A DNA stretch of 64,000 bases from a virus. The notes beneath the pieces were generated by a model. That model had not been told where the DNA came from, made no database searches, and was given only the letters and a program-made list of their open reading frames with translations. This document shows positions 50,203 through 59,926 of this stretch, one piece after another. Within the stretch, counting starts at the first letter, position 1, and every line of letters begins with the position of its first letter. Made by a program: the position numbers and the translations under genes. The stretch spans positions 1 to 64,000 of the IMG/VR virus record IMGVR_UViG_3300025585_000040, one strand, 5' to 3'.

Positions 50203-50439
50203 TTATTGAAGAAGACCAAACAGTTCCTTCAGTTCCGCCACGGTCAACCCAGCGGCGTTCAACTTCTGTTCAGTGGTAAGCACTGGGGCGGGTTCGGGTT
50301 CAGGGGCAGGCTCAGGCGTGTTGCCTTCAGCGAGCCAAGCGAGATACGCCTGGTAATCGGTGTTGGCAGGGTCTCGGGGGATAAAGGCGTTATCAGAAAG
50401 GCGAAGGATGGTGTCGCTGGTGGTGAGTTGGTAGGTCAT
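50203..50439 (-). CDS. Tail chaperone, copy 3
   Basis: Paralog of 3331. Confidence 0.7.
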   Translation of the reverse strand: MTYQLTTSDTILRLSDNAFIPRDPANTDYQAYLAWLAEGNTPEPAPEPEPAPVLTTEQKLNAAGLTVAELKELFGLLQ

Positions 50440-50442
50440 TGG

Positions 50443-52038
50443 TTACAGCTCAATGGAGGCAGCCCAAGTTACGGTTGTGTAAAAGTAGCTTCCGCTTGTT
50501 GGAGGTGACGAAGTTCCACCAACACTGGGTCCAAACCCTTGCAAGCTATTATATTGATTTCCAAGGTTCCAATTTGTGATATAAGTTCCAGGGGAAAAAT
50601 TGGTATTGGTGGTTGGAGTCCCAAAACTAATAGTAGGAAATGCGCGCTTACTTGCATTGAAGCCAACGTTCGAGGAAAACCAAATGCCGTTGCCATAAGT
50701 AGTTGTATAGCTAAAGCTCAGCACAAGAGAGCCGGTCTCGTAGTACCTCTGACACAACGCCAGCTCCTGCCCGTAGCTCCTGCGTTCAAACGGGGTGGCG
50801 ACGGTTCCGGCTTCGAGTTGGACGCCCGTGACGCGGAATGTCGAGCCGTTGGTAGAGATCGGATCAACAGCACCAGTGACAGACCACAGTGATGATCCAG
50901 ACCAAGCGCCTGCTGTGCCTTTGAATGAGCTACCAACGCCAAGTGAAAAAGCCAGGTTGATACCAACGCCGGTATCAGTCAACCAAGTACCACTTGTGTC
51001 CCCGGTGATCGAAACTGTTTTTTGCTCCCAAGTATTTGCGGCGCTGATTGAATAACTGAATGGGTAGCTGCGATCCCCAGCAGAGTTTCTGACGACACCT
51101 CCAAAGGTTCCGGTAAGCGAGGAGAATACCCAAAACGAAAGCGTAACCGCTTTTGCACTAGCAGTACCCCAGGCAAGATCGGAAACGTTATTACCTTCAA
51201 TACGCTGAGCAATGATGTATCGCTGAGATGCACCAATCGAAGCGTCTGCAGTGGTAACTGTCGCCAGCAATGAGTTGGTAAAACCAGCCGGTGCGCTAGT
51301 GCTTGAGGCAAGCGTAAAAACACCATCAGTAGCTTCTCCGGTACCGAGCCAGCGATCTACTGAGTAGAAATTGGTCGATCCGTCATTAACTGTTTGAGTT
51401 GCGTTTCTCTGATTGATCCGCATATCACCGTTGATGATGCGGTTGCGGGCGCCACTCAGTGGTCCGCCGTTAAGGCTATTTACTTGTGCATCTCCCGCCA
51501 CATGTAACAAAGTAGCTGGGCTCGAAGTTCCAATGCCCACTCGATTATTAATTGCATCAACATAAACAGTGTTACTGTCAATATTGATTGATCCACTAGA
51601 ATCAACAGTTGCTCGGGAAACACCAGCCGTAACAATACCAAGCTGATTCGACGCTGGGTTATAAATACCTGTATCCAAATCTGTATCGAACGTAATGCTA
51701 GGCGTAGAAGCAGAACCGCTAGGGAAATTAGCGCCAACGTTAATGTAATCAGCACCGGCGAGTATTACGCCGAAGAAGTCCTCTCCTGTGTTAGGCGCAG
51801 AACTAAAAACAATACTGCCGCCACTCAAACGAAAACCTTCTGCGCCAGTATCATCAGGACGTTGTACAACGCCGCCGACTGAGATCATGCATTGATTAGA
51901 ACTCAGCGGCGCAGGAACTGGGGCAACACCCCCAACAGTCAGCGCAAATGAAGTGGTTACACCATTAAAAGAACCACTGATGTCATCGATGTTGGTGTAG
52001 CTTGGGTATGCAACCTGAAGGCTCTGCCCGATATACAC
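50443..52038 (-). CDS. Tail fibre / receptor-binding-type protein, module copy 3
   Basis: IDDISGSFNG N-terminus, NRVGIGTSSP, shared core motifs. Confidence 0.75.
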   Translation of the reverse strand: MYIGQSLQVAYPSYTNIDDISGSFNGVTTSFALTVGGVAPVPAPLSSNQCMISVGGVVQRPDDTGAEGFRLSGGSIVFSSAPNTGEDFFGVILAGADYINVGANFPSGSASTPSITFDTDLDTGIYNPASNQLGIVTAGVSRATVDSSGSINIDSNTVYVDAINNRVGIGTSSPATLLHVAGDAQVNSLNGGPLSGARNRIINGDMRINQRNATQTVNDGSTNFYSVDRWLGTGEATDGVFTLASSTSAPAGFTNSLLATVTTADASIGASQRYIIAQRIEGNNVSDLAWGTASAKAVTLSFWVFSSLTGTFGGVVRNSAGDRSYPFSYSISAANTWEQKTVSITGDTSGTWLTDTGVGINLAFSLGVGSSFKGTAGAWSGSSLWSVTGAVDPISTNGSTFRVTGVQLEAGTVATPFERRSYGQELALCQRYYETGSLVLSFSYTTTYGNGIWFSSNVGFNASKRAFPTISFGTPTTNTNFSPGTYITNWNLGNQYNSLQGFGPSVGGTSSPPTSGSYFYTTVTWAASIEL

Positions 52039-52069
52039 AGCGTGTTTTTCCGTTTAGTCTTATTCTACT

Positions 52070-52303
52070 TTAAATTAGACCAAACAACTCCTTCAGCTCC
52101 GCCACGGTCAACCCAGCCGCTTCTAGCTTCTGTTCAGTGGTGAGCACTGGGGCGGGTTCAGGTTCTGGTGCAGGCAAGGGGGTGTTGCCTTCATCGAGCC
52201 AAGCAAGGTACGCCTGGTAGTCGGTGTTGGCGGGGTCAGGGGGGATGAAGGCGTTATCAGAAAGGCGAAGGATGATGTCGCCTGTGGTGAGTTGGTAGGT
52301 CAT
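52070..52303 (-). CDS. Tail chaperone, copy 4
   Basis: Paralog of 3331 and 50203. Confidence 0.7.
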   Translation of the reverse strand: MTYQLTTGDIILRLSDNAFIPPDPANTDYQAYLAWLDEGNTPLPAPEPEPAPVLTTEQKLEAAGLTVAELKELFGLI

Positions 52304-52306
52304 GGG

Positions 52307-53362
52307 TTACAGCTCGGCGTTAAACGTCATCGTCGCTGTTGCGCTTGCCGTGCGAAGTATGCACCCAGCGTTGGCGGTAGTGCCTGAGCAACTTAAGTTC
52401 ACGGCAACAGCAGTGGGGCTGGCCAAATCTAAAACTATAGCTGTGCCGGAACGACCAGATGATCCAGAATCCATAATTGCAAACGTGTTTGCTGCAGTGC
52501 TAGAAAAAGTTGGCGTAGCCCGCATTGCTACAGGCAGCGCGGCTGAAGTTTTTCCAATGGTAGCAGTTTCGTATCCGCTGCCAAAGGGAGCGTTATCACT
52601 ATTACCAAAAACCCAGCAATACCTCTGACACAACGCCAGCTCCTGCCCGTAGCTCCTACGTTCAAACGGGGTGGCGACGGTTCCTGGTTCGAGCTGGACG
52701 CCCGTGATCTCAAAGAAATCGTTGGCTCCTGCAGTACCGGTTAGACTACCTTGGAAAATGACGCCAAGTTGCGTAGCGGATGCGCCGACAGACCCGGTAA
52801 GCGTGAACTTCTGCCAAGAAGTCGTCAACGTAGCACCACTATTGATGATTGCAGTCTGTCCTGTCCAAGATCCACTCATAAAAGAACTTGCAGACTGGTC
52901 TGTTCCGGTTCCCGTGTAAACGGCGGCAGTCAGCCCACTGCCGGTTGCTGAATAGTTTGCACCAGCCCTAGCCCAAAACGAAAGTGTTACCGAGCCGCCA
53001 GCCAAATCGGTGCAGTTAAGCGTTTCTAAAATCTGAATGACAGACAAGTTACCAGTCGCAGTTTGGCCACTTGTTCTCTGAGCACGAGCGCAGTTGGTAA
53101 AACCAGCCAACCCTCCAGTGGACTGCTGGCTCAGTGTTCCTGTGACGCTAGTGCTGTAAAGCCCTGCAAAGCGATCCAGAAAGTACGTAGGTGTCGTCCC
53201 CAGTGCAACAGAAGTCCCGCGCTGTGCAATCCGCATATCACCGTTGATGATGCGGTTCCTAGCGCCACTCAGTGGTCCGCCGTTTAATGCAGAGATCTGT
53301 ACGTTGCTAATTGTGCCAAGATCACCATCAATCCGGAACAGATTAACTTCAGTTAAAGCCAT
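52307..53362 (-). CDS. Tail fibre / receptor-binding-type protein, module copy 4
   Basis: Shared core motifs; ATG at 53362 downstream of AGGAGG. Confidence 0.75.
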   Translation of the reverse strand: MALTEVNLFRIDGDLGTISNVQISALNGGPLSGARNRIINGDMRIAQRGTSVALGTTPTYFLDRFAGLYSTSVTGTLSQQSTGGLAGFTNCARAQRTSGQTATGNLSVIQILETLNCTDLAGGSVTLSFWARAGANYSATGSGLTAAVYTGTGTDQSASSFMSGSWTGQTAIINSGATLTTSWQKFTLTGSVGASATQLGVIFQGSLTGTAGANDFFEITGVQLEPGTVATPFERRSYGQELALCQRYCWVFGNSDNAPFGSGYETATIGKTSAALPVAMRATPTFSSTAANTFAIMDSGSSGRSGTAIVLDLASPTAVAVNLSCSGTTANAGCILRTASATATMTFNAEL

Positions 53363-53375
53363 TATCCAATCCTCC

Positions 53376-53720
53376 TTACGGGGTCTGCTCAAGATAGCTG
53401 ACTGTTAAATCAACAGCAGACGCTGTTCCACACCTAGCTTGTAGCTTATCGGCAGATTCAAGAATGACTTTGTTGCCATTGATGATCTCAAGTGTAGAGC
53501 CCGAAGGAACAGGTGCATTGCGGATTAGATAAACATCATCACCAGTAGATTTGTCAATGTAAATATCAACATTAGCACTCGTACCAGTCTTGTTAGATGC
53601 CAGTACACTCAAGATAATCAGTGTTGCTGTACCACCGGCAGTGACAACCGTTGCGCTTGGATCCGTAATGACAGCAGTTACAAGGCTGGCCTTAGTGTCG
53701 TTTTTGAAAGTATTTGCCAT
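53376..53720 (-). CDS. Virion structural protein
   Basis: MANTFK..NAPVPSGSTLEII.GNKVIL...DKL..SYLE. Confidence 0.65.
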   Translation of the reverse strand: MANTFKNDTKASLVTAVITDPSATVVTAGGTATLIILSVLASNKTGTSANVDIYIDKSTGDDVYLIRNAPVPSGSTLEIINGNKVILESADKLQARCGTASAVDLTVSYLEQTP

Positions 53721-53721
53721 A

Positions 53722-54126
53722 TCAGCTTAGAGCAACAATAAGGGCCAGAGTGTCACTGGAGTTAAGCGAACCTGTAACGGTCAAGCTACCCGAAATGGTT
53801 GTGTTCCCTGGGATTGTGACCGAACCTGCTGAATCTATTGTAAGTCTAGTAACACCACCAGTTACCAAGGCGACTTGATCAGGTCCAGGGCTGTACAAAC
53901 CTGTATTAGGATCACCTGCAAACTTTAACGCACAACTACTTAGAGAACCTAATGAAAAGGAAGAATTCGTGCCATCTTCTCTGAGAAGTGGGAATCCACC
54001 CGCCTGAAATGCGTCGTGAACAACACAAGTTTTTTTAGTGCTGTCAACAGTTACTTCGCCATCGGCGCCAATAAAAGTCGCAGTCTGTCCTGTTGTCCCG
54101 CGCCTAAACTGTACCTGTGTGGCCAT
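53722..54126 (-). CDS. Tail protein with Mtd-N-like domain
   Basis: QVQFRRGTT..F.GADGEVTVD..VHD..GG. Confidence 0.7.
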   Translation of the reverse strand: MATQVQFRRGTTGQTATFIGADGEVTVDSTKKTCVVHDAFQAGGFPLLREDGTNSSFSLGSLSSCALKFAGDPNTGLYSPGPDQVALVTGGVTRLTIDSAGSVTIPGNTTISGSLTVTGSLNSSDTLALIVALS

Positions 54127-54294
54127 AGTTCCTTTAACTGCTAATTTATTCTACTCAATGTAACCAAGAGCATGTACAAGCATAGCCTCTGCTTACCGAA
54201 CGCCTCCTCAGTGATCGATTTACCAAGATACACAACTAATCAGCGGCGTTGAGATGTTTCTTCATCTTAAAATAATAAAAAACATATCTGCCTT

Positions 54295-54546
54295 GTGACG
54301 CCAGAATTGATTGTAGCTGTTCTTTCTGGCAGCGCCGGTGCATTTGCTGGTTTGTCAAGAGCACTTACGAATTTTAATCGTAAACTTGAACGCCGTTTCG
54401 AAGCAATTGAAAAAGATTTAGACAACTTCCAAGACCGTGTTATTCATGATTACGTCTTGAAAGAGGACTTTCTTAGGGAAATGCAGGCAGTGCATACCAA
54501 ACTAGATCGCATCTTGGATCACATCTTGAATCATCCTAGAGGTTAA
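54295..54546 (+). CDS. Small transmembrane plus coiled-coil protein
   Basis: N-terminal hydrophobic helix; YVLKEDF..KLDRI. Confidence 0.6.
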   Translation: MTPELIVAVLSGSAGAFAGLSRALTNFNRKLERRFEAIEKDLDNFQDRVIHDYVLKEDFLREMQAVHTKLDRILDHILNHPRG

Positions 54547-54968
54547 ATAGCGACCCAAGAAGCAGTAGCAGCGTTATACATGAATAATCCGGGTATCAGC
54601 TTATCGTAATGAAGCTGCCCATCTACAGGATTGACTGGTTTGCCGTTACTATTTGACACTACAGCTTTAGGTGTCTGCCAACTGGTACCGTCAAATAACT
54701 TGTAAATATACGTACTAGATGTATCGAGCCAAGACTCTCCACGACTATTCAACGTGAAGCCAGCTGCAGGGGTATTGGGTGCCGTAGTGCCGATAAAAGT
54801 TGGACCTACTTTAATGAGGCCCGTGGAAGGTGAAACAGTACTATCTGCAAAATACAGCCCAGGATCGCCTGGATTGTTGTTGATGGCGAGCTCAGCGGTT
54901 CCCAAGCGAATTGGAAATGGCCTATCGTGCAATACGCTGGAACGACGGGATAAGATTTGAACAGCCAT
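54543..54968 (-). CDS. Tail fibre N-terminal-like protein
   Basis: QILSRRSS..RP..ELAIN..GLYFAD..GESWLD. Confidence 0.6.
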   Translation of the reverse strand: MAVQILSRRSSVLHDRPFPIRLGTAELAINNNPGDPGLYFADSTVSPSTGLIKVGPTFIGTTAPNTPAAGFTLNSRGESWLDTSSTYIYKLFDGTSWQTPKAVVSNSNGKPVNPVDGQLHYDKLIPGLFMYNAATASWVAI

Positions 54969-54970
54969 GG

Positions 54971-57271
54971 CTACGAATTAATGTATAAACCACCGTCTAC
55001 AACGGTGTCCTGTGCTGTAAGGGGAGAATACGTTTCACAGTCTATCGTGCTTGTTGCTGATGCCGGCTCAACAGGATTGCCATTAAGATAAGTACCCCCA
55101 AAAATTAAACCAAATTCAAAATCAGGAACGTAATTGACCAACGGCTCGTCCAACATCCCAAACTTTGTGTCTTGGATCAAAGTAGGCTGAATGTTCAACA
55201 GCTTACTCATCATCGAAATCATTCGATTTGTCGCATTAAGTTCAGTCCCGTTGCGATCTAGCTCGCCTGCCGCATTCCTGCGAATATTATCGGTCATCAT
55301 CATAGTGAGGAGTTGCGGATCGTAATCCGCGACTTGCTCCGGCTGGTTCCGGGAACCTGTAATGGACTTACCACCGGTCCACTTCATACCCATCTCCATC
55401 ATTCCAAGGCGTTCTGCCGCTTGATATACACGTTCGTTTTCTTTTCTAAAGTTCTCGTAAAATTTATCTAAAGCGTTACCAATCGGCTTATCACTCGGTT
55501 CTAGAATCCAAGATCCAACAAAATCATGTTCACGCAAATTACTAACGGTAACGTAACCACCTGTTGATTCACTAAACGGATATACAACAGTAAACGTATT
55601 TCTATCGGGAACACTAGTTATCGTATATTGTCCTGAAATGGCATCCCCACTGGTAAAATCTAATTGAATACGAGTGTTAGCAAGAAGGCCATGATCCGGA
55701 GCTGTAACCGTGATGCTTGGTCCAGACTGACTATAAGTGGCAGCTAAAGCAATTGGCTCATTACCTTCATCATGAAGGATTGAGAACATAGCCGCATAAA
55801 TATGTTTACACCAACGAATTTGGTGATAAAACAAATTAGGGTATGAAAAATCCGTCTTATCTTGATAATCCGGAAGCTGATAAAAATTGCCGGTAACTGT
55901 ATAGCCCAGATCGGAGAATAGGCCAGGGCTGTCTCGAATCTCATCAATCGTATTGTCAGCATTCTGAGTTTCTCCGGGCTTCGTAGATGTTATTGCTGTT
56001 ACAGGAAAACGTTTCGATGTTTTATCGCTGTATAAATCATAACTGTCCCGGCGCATGAAGTCCGAGCAAGAACACTGCCACCGTAAATCCGTAGTCAAAA
56101 ATCTTCCCACCGCAAAACCACGAGATGCGGGAACATCTGTGACATATCTAGTATTTACAAGGCGTGTGCCATAGCTATCACCACGTTGGAATATGATTTC
56201 GTTCGTAGAAGTATCTACACCTGTAACGGTATAACCAACGTAATCGTCGTACCTAAAACCAGGGATTAATCTGTTAACGATCAAGTTACCACTTGTTGAA
56301 CCACTATCGATCGTCGTAAAAGTTAACTGTGTGGGACTAGTGACAGTTATATCATATTGCCCGGATGAAACTAGTCCAGAGGTTACAGCAACGAAGATTC
56401 TATTCCCCGTAGCGAGCCCGTGAGCAGCAGTACAGTTAACCGTAACCGTAGAACCAGTTCTGGAATACGTACTGAAAATCCCAGGGTCGCGCTCAACTAT
56501 GCGGTCTACCAACCGCTCACCGGCAAAGAAACGGACTGGCGTTGGTATTGAGCGTAGACGCACACGAGTAGTAGTCCAACGCGTATCAGCAAATGTAGTA
56601 GAAAGATAATAAATTACATTTCCACTTGTCGTGAAAGGGTTAGTCGCTGTGACAGTAAACGTATTTTGAGTTACGCTAATAATAGTCAACGTTTCATCAA
56701 CGGCTGCTCCAGTCTGATAATCAAGATAAACGCTTTCTCCAACAAATAGCCCGTGATTGCTTTTGGTAATAGTTACAGTTGTACCTGACTGCGAATAAGG
56801 GGCGGTTACAGAAGGGCCTAGATAACGTACAGCAAGAATTGGAAGACCAAAGTTGTAGAAGTTGAAACCATTGGCATCACGCATGCCAACAATTTGCTCC
56901 TTAATCTCTCTATCTGTACTTGGAAACGTAAAAACACGCGCCGGGATAAAAACACCTGGGAATTGCTGGAATGTGCAATACATTCTGAAATCCCCTCGCG
57001 AACGCCGCTCATTTGCAAATGAACCGAGTACACTTTGTGTGATGGTGTATAACTCATAACCGCGTCTCCATCTAGTCCAAAGGGAGTCATAATCGTAAAA
57101 ACGAATACGACTCATTAATTTTGGATTCTGCGGAAGAAATTGAAACTTCTGTGTTTCCTTCGCGTAATCTGGCACAGCTTTAAATGGGTTTTCTTCCGGG
57201 AATTTTCCGAAATTAGCCCCATTAAAACTTTTCTTTGATGGAGGATTAAAGCCGCCAGCACTAAAAGGCAT
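54971..57271 (-). CDS. Large structural-type protein with beta repeats and a SWIM-like Zn finger
   Basis: Three YS..G.TVT.T..HGL repeats; QCSCSDF ... WCKHIYAA. Confidence 0.6.
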   Translation of the reverse strand: MPFSAGGFNPPSKKSFNGANFGKFPEENPFKAVPDYAKETQKFQFLPQNPKLMSRIRFYDYDSLWTRWRRGYELYTITQSVLGSFANERRSRGDFRMYCTFQQFPGVFIPARVFTFPSTDREIKEQIVGMRDANGFNFYNFGLPILAVRYLGPSVTAPYSQSGTTVTITKSNHGLFVGESVYLDYQTGAAVDETLTIISVTQNTFTVTATNPFTTSGNVIYYLSTTFADTRWTTTRVRLRSIPTPVRFFAGERLVDRIVERDPGIFSTYSRTGSTVTVNCTAAHGLATGNRIFVAVTSGLVSSGQYDITVTSPTQLTFTTIDSGSTSGNLIVNRLIPGFRYDDYVGYTVTGVDTSTNEIIFQRGDSYGTRLVNTRYVTDVPASRGFAVGRFLTTDLRWQCSCSDFMRRDSYDLYSDKTSKRFPVTAITSTKPGETQNADNTIDEIRDSPGLFSDLGYTVTGNFYQLPDYQDKTDFSYPNLFYHQIRWCKHIYAAMFSILHDEGNEPIALAATYSQSGPSITVTAPDHGLLANTRIQLDFTSGDAISGQYTITSVPDRNTFTVVYPFSESTGGYVTVSNLREHDFVGSWILEPSDKPIGNALDKFYENFRKENERVYQAAERLGMMEMGMKWTGGKSITGSRNQPEQVADYDPQLLTMMMTDNIRRNAAGELDRNGTELNATNRMISMMSKLLNIQPTLIQDTKFGMLDEPLVNYVPDFEFGLIFGGTYLNGNPVEPASATSTIDCETYSPLTAQDTVVDGGLYINS

Positions 57272-57280
57272 GGCTCTCGA

Positions 57281-58069
57281 TCAATAGTAGCCGCCCTGGA
57301 CGCCTACGTAAAAACCATTCGTCAATGACGTAGAACCTGAAACGGCAGCATATAACGCTTGGCCACGTTGCAGCATCAGACCGCGCATTTTAGGTGATGT
57401 GGTGCTGTTAGTGCTCGCAAAATTAGCACCAGCCTGCACGACGGGGTGATTGATCAGCGGAAGAACGTTATTGAGCGTCAGACTATAGAACTGATTCTCG
57501 TAAGTTGCTGGAACACTGGCAACAAACAGAGGAAAAAATTGATTAGTGTTTGTGATCGTGCCAGTGCTGATAAGATAGAAACACACATCGATCGGTAAAC
57601 GACAGCTTACGTTACCAGTGATCGGGCCAGACACGCTGGGAATCGTTCCCGTGAAAGTCGTTGGGGTGACTGCGGTAATAGTTACGGCCTGATCAATAGG
57701 AACTGAACCAGAGCTGTACGATGTGAAATCGAGATAAACTTTCTGCCCGACCTGAACGTTATGTCCCCCAGAAATCGTGACGACGACATCAGTGCCATTT
57801 GCGGAGTACGTGCCACTGGTAGCAGCCGCTGCGTCGATAAATTCCGTATTACGCTTCGAGTATTGCAACCAAATCTCATCGATGTAAGCACCGCTGATTG
57901 ACGTATCAGTCAATGCCGAATCAACATCAAAGACTTTAGTTGCGTTACCAACGGCAGTTGGTACCAGGCTGGTTGAGAACGCTTGGCCAGAAGCAACAGT
58001 CACCAGGGTGGATGACGTTGCCGGCCTGTCAACCATTGCCGGCTGCTTGTTACTTGAGGAGGAGGACAA
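57281..58069 (-). CDS. Virion structural protein
   Basis: One copy of the same beta repeat; C-terminal GGYY. Confidence 0.55.
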   Translation of the reverse strand: MSSSSSNKQPAMVDRPATSSTLVTVASGQAFSTSLVPTAVGNATKVFDVDSALTDTSISGAYIDEIWLQYSKRNTEFIDAAAATSGTYSANGTDVVVTISGGHNVQVGQKVYLDFTSYSSGSVPIDQAVTITAVTPTTFTGTIPSVSGPITGNVSCRLPIDVCFYLISTGTITNTNQFFPLFVASVPATYENQFYSLTLNNVLPLINHPVVQAGANFASTNSTTSPKMRGLMLQRGQALYAAVSGSTSLTNGFYVGVQGGYY

Positions 58070-58631
58070 TTCTTTTACCTAGACGCAGTTGAATTTATTG
58101 TAGCGCAGCTGCCTTTTTAGCTGCTTTTTGTTTTTTCTTATCTAACAACCAAAGCCGGAAATACTGTATCTCTGCAGGAGAATAGAGCTCAGGACGCTTT
58201 AGTGCTTCCTTTACCAGCTTTTTCTTCTTCGTCATCGCGCTTCCCTCGCTTACTTTTCTCTAGTCTAACGCGGGCTTTCTTCACAGCAACACGACGACGC
58301 TCTTTGTCGCTACCTTCTTTTTCGTCGGAGTCATTTACTTCCTCGTTCTTCTTTTTGAAGTGAGCAAGTAGCTCGGGAGGCATAGCTTTTTTCTTGGTCA
58401 TGTCAGGTTCCGCTGATATCTAAATTGCGGAGTTCGGCACCACCAATATAAGGAGGTGGTAGCGTAGGCGGTTGTCCAGTGCCTGATACTAAGTCTATCC
58501 CTAGTGCACTTCCAGCCTTACGGCGCGGTTCCCGACTCTGCGCAAATTTATCACTGCCAGAATAGCTCGGGCGATCCGCAGGCTCTTTGTCGTAATTCAG
58601 TCCATAGTAATAGCCAAGCTTCGTTGTCGGC

Positions 58632-58850
58632 TTAACCACGTTGTTTCCTCCTGGAGGCTAAATCCACTGCTCGACGTGCCTTACGAGCACGCTCTGTATT
58701 AGGAACAAACTGTTTTCCTTTACGCGATTCCCGCTGTTTTTTCTCGTCTGTGCGTTCACGCTCCTCAGGGGATAACTGCGCCCAGGCCTCCCGTGGTAAA
58801 TACCGCTCAGTACTCTTCTTGCCTGGCTCAATAGCTTTATCGGCCATCAT
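58632..58850 (-). CDS. DUF5872-like C-terminal half
   Basis: RYLPREAWAQLSPEE...TDEKK..S.KGKQFVPNT. Confidence 0.55.
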   Translation of the reverse strand: MMADKAIEPGKKSTERYLPREAWAQLSPEERERTDEKKQRESRKGKQFVPNTERARKARRAVDLASRRKQRG

Positions 58851-59272
58851 TCCTCTTTGATCGGACCACCATAAAGCCAAGCATCACAGGTGCGGGCACT
58901 GGCACACTTAAATTTAAACAACTGACAATAACCGAGATCAGCACGCTCCAAAACATCCATCGGATTTGCGGCTTGCTTCTCGTTGATTCCTTCTAGGATG
59001 CACTCCAAGATTTTATTCGATTGATCAAAAGCGGCACAATTACCACACCGTGCTGTTTGTACAGTTTCTACATCTGAATTCCAAAGCTCTGCTTTTCTTT
59101 CCCAAAATCCTGGATCGGGATAATCAGGATTCAGTGGGCCGTACGCGAAATGATCAATGGTCCAGTTACGATTCTTGGCATTCTCTTCAACATCAAGCGT
59201 CGCTTTAGGGCAGGAGGGACCAACCGCTGTAACAGTCTTATTGAGAAGAATCGATGCCTTGGGATTTATCAC
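58847..59272 (-). CDS. Cys-rich phage protein
   Basis: CP.AT, YGPLNP, RCGNCAAF, GYC..F.FKCASARTCDAW. Confidence 0.65.
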   Translation of the reverse strand: MINPKASILLNKTVTAVGPSCPKATLDVEENAKNRNWTIDHFAYGPLNPDYPDPGFWERKAELWNSDVETVQTARCGNCAAFDQSNKILECILEGINEKQAANPMDVLERADLGYCQLFKFKCASARTCDAWLYGGPIKEE

Positions 59273-59619
59273 TATGCAGCCGCAACATGAAAGGTAACCG
59301 TAGCAGCAGTGCCACCAGCTTCAGAGACAAATACTGGGCGAATGAATTTTACAGGGCGTCCGGAAACACTGAGGCTATAGGTACCATTGGCGGTGTATTG
59401 CGTACTGGCAATAATAGGCGCGAAGTTAGTACCATCAATGCTGCCCTCAAGAGAGACGTTAACACTCGTGTTAATCGAAGCAACGATAGTAATGAGGGTG
59501 TAGTTAGAAGTAGAAAAAAGATTATTCTCTGCAACTTGAATTGTGTTTCCGTTGCCGGGAGCGGTCAGCGCTGTCCCAACGTTAAAAATTGTATCTGAAA
59601 AAGTAGTGTTAACGGACAT
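59272..59619 (-). CDS. Small structural-type protein, paralog of 42767
   Basis: NYTL..LEGSIDGTNFAPII. Confidence 0.6.
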   Translation of the reverse strand: MSVNTTFSDTIFNVGTALTAPGNGNTIQVAENNLFSTSNYTLITIVASINTSVNVSLEGSIDGTNFAPIIASTQYTANGTYSLSVSGRPVKFIRPVFVSEAGGTAATVTFHVAAA

Positions 59620-59650
59620 TTTGTTTTGTGCTCTGTAGTAAATTCTAGTC

Positions 59651-59926
59651 CTACTTGTTCTTCTTCTCGTATTCTTCTTTGGTCATCCACTCTTGTTCAC
59701 CCCAGCGCTTCAGTGACTCCTGACCTTCGGTTTCTTCACCCCTGTAACCACCACCTCGTTTTTTGTACGCCTGGGCGAGTAGTTGTGCTTTCCTAGCCGA
59801 ATAAATTAGTTAGCCTTACGGCTACGACCACTCTCCACTCTTGCCACCTTTGGACCCACGCATGATCTGCTGTTTCAGTCGTTCACGAAGATCAGGTTTG
59901 GTATAGCGCCCTTTGTTTTCAGCCAT
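59651..59926 (-). CDS. DUF5872-like basic protein interrupted by a 27-nt coding gap (candidate ribosomal bypass)
   Basis: GAGGT SD, then MAENKGRYTKPDLRERLK..GSKGGKSGEWS / gap / ARKAQLLAQAYKKRGGGY..SLKRWGEQEW; absent from the ORF track. Confidence 0.7.

Noticed and set aside
1981-53362. Diversity-generating retroelement explaining the repeated tail-gene segments
   Set aside because: No reverse transcriptase in the window; the repeats are the conserved parts and their differences are not adenine-specific.
59798-59824. Stop-codon reassignment or a self-splicing intron as the explanation for the gap
   Set aside because: The gap contains both TAG and TAA, both are used as normal stops across the window, and 27 nt is far too short for a group I or II intron.
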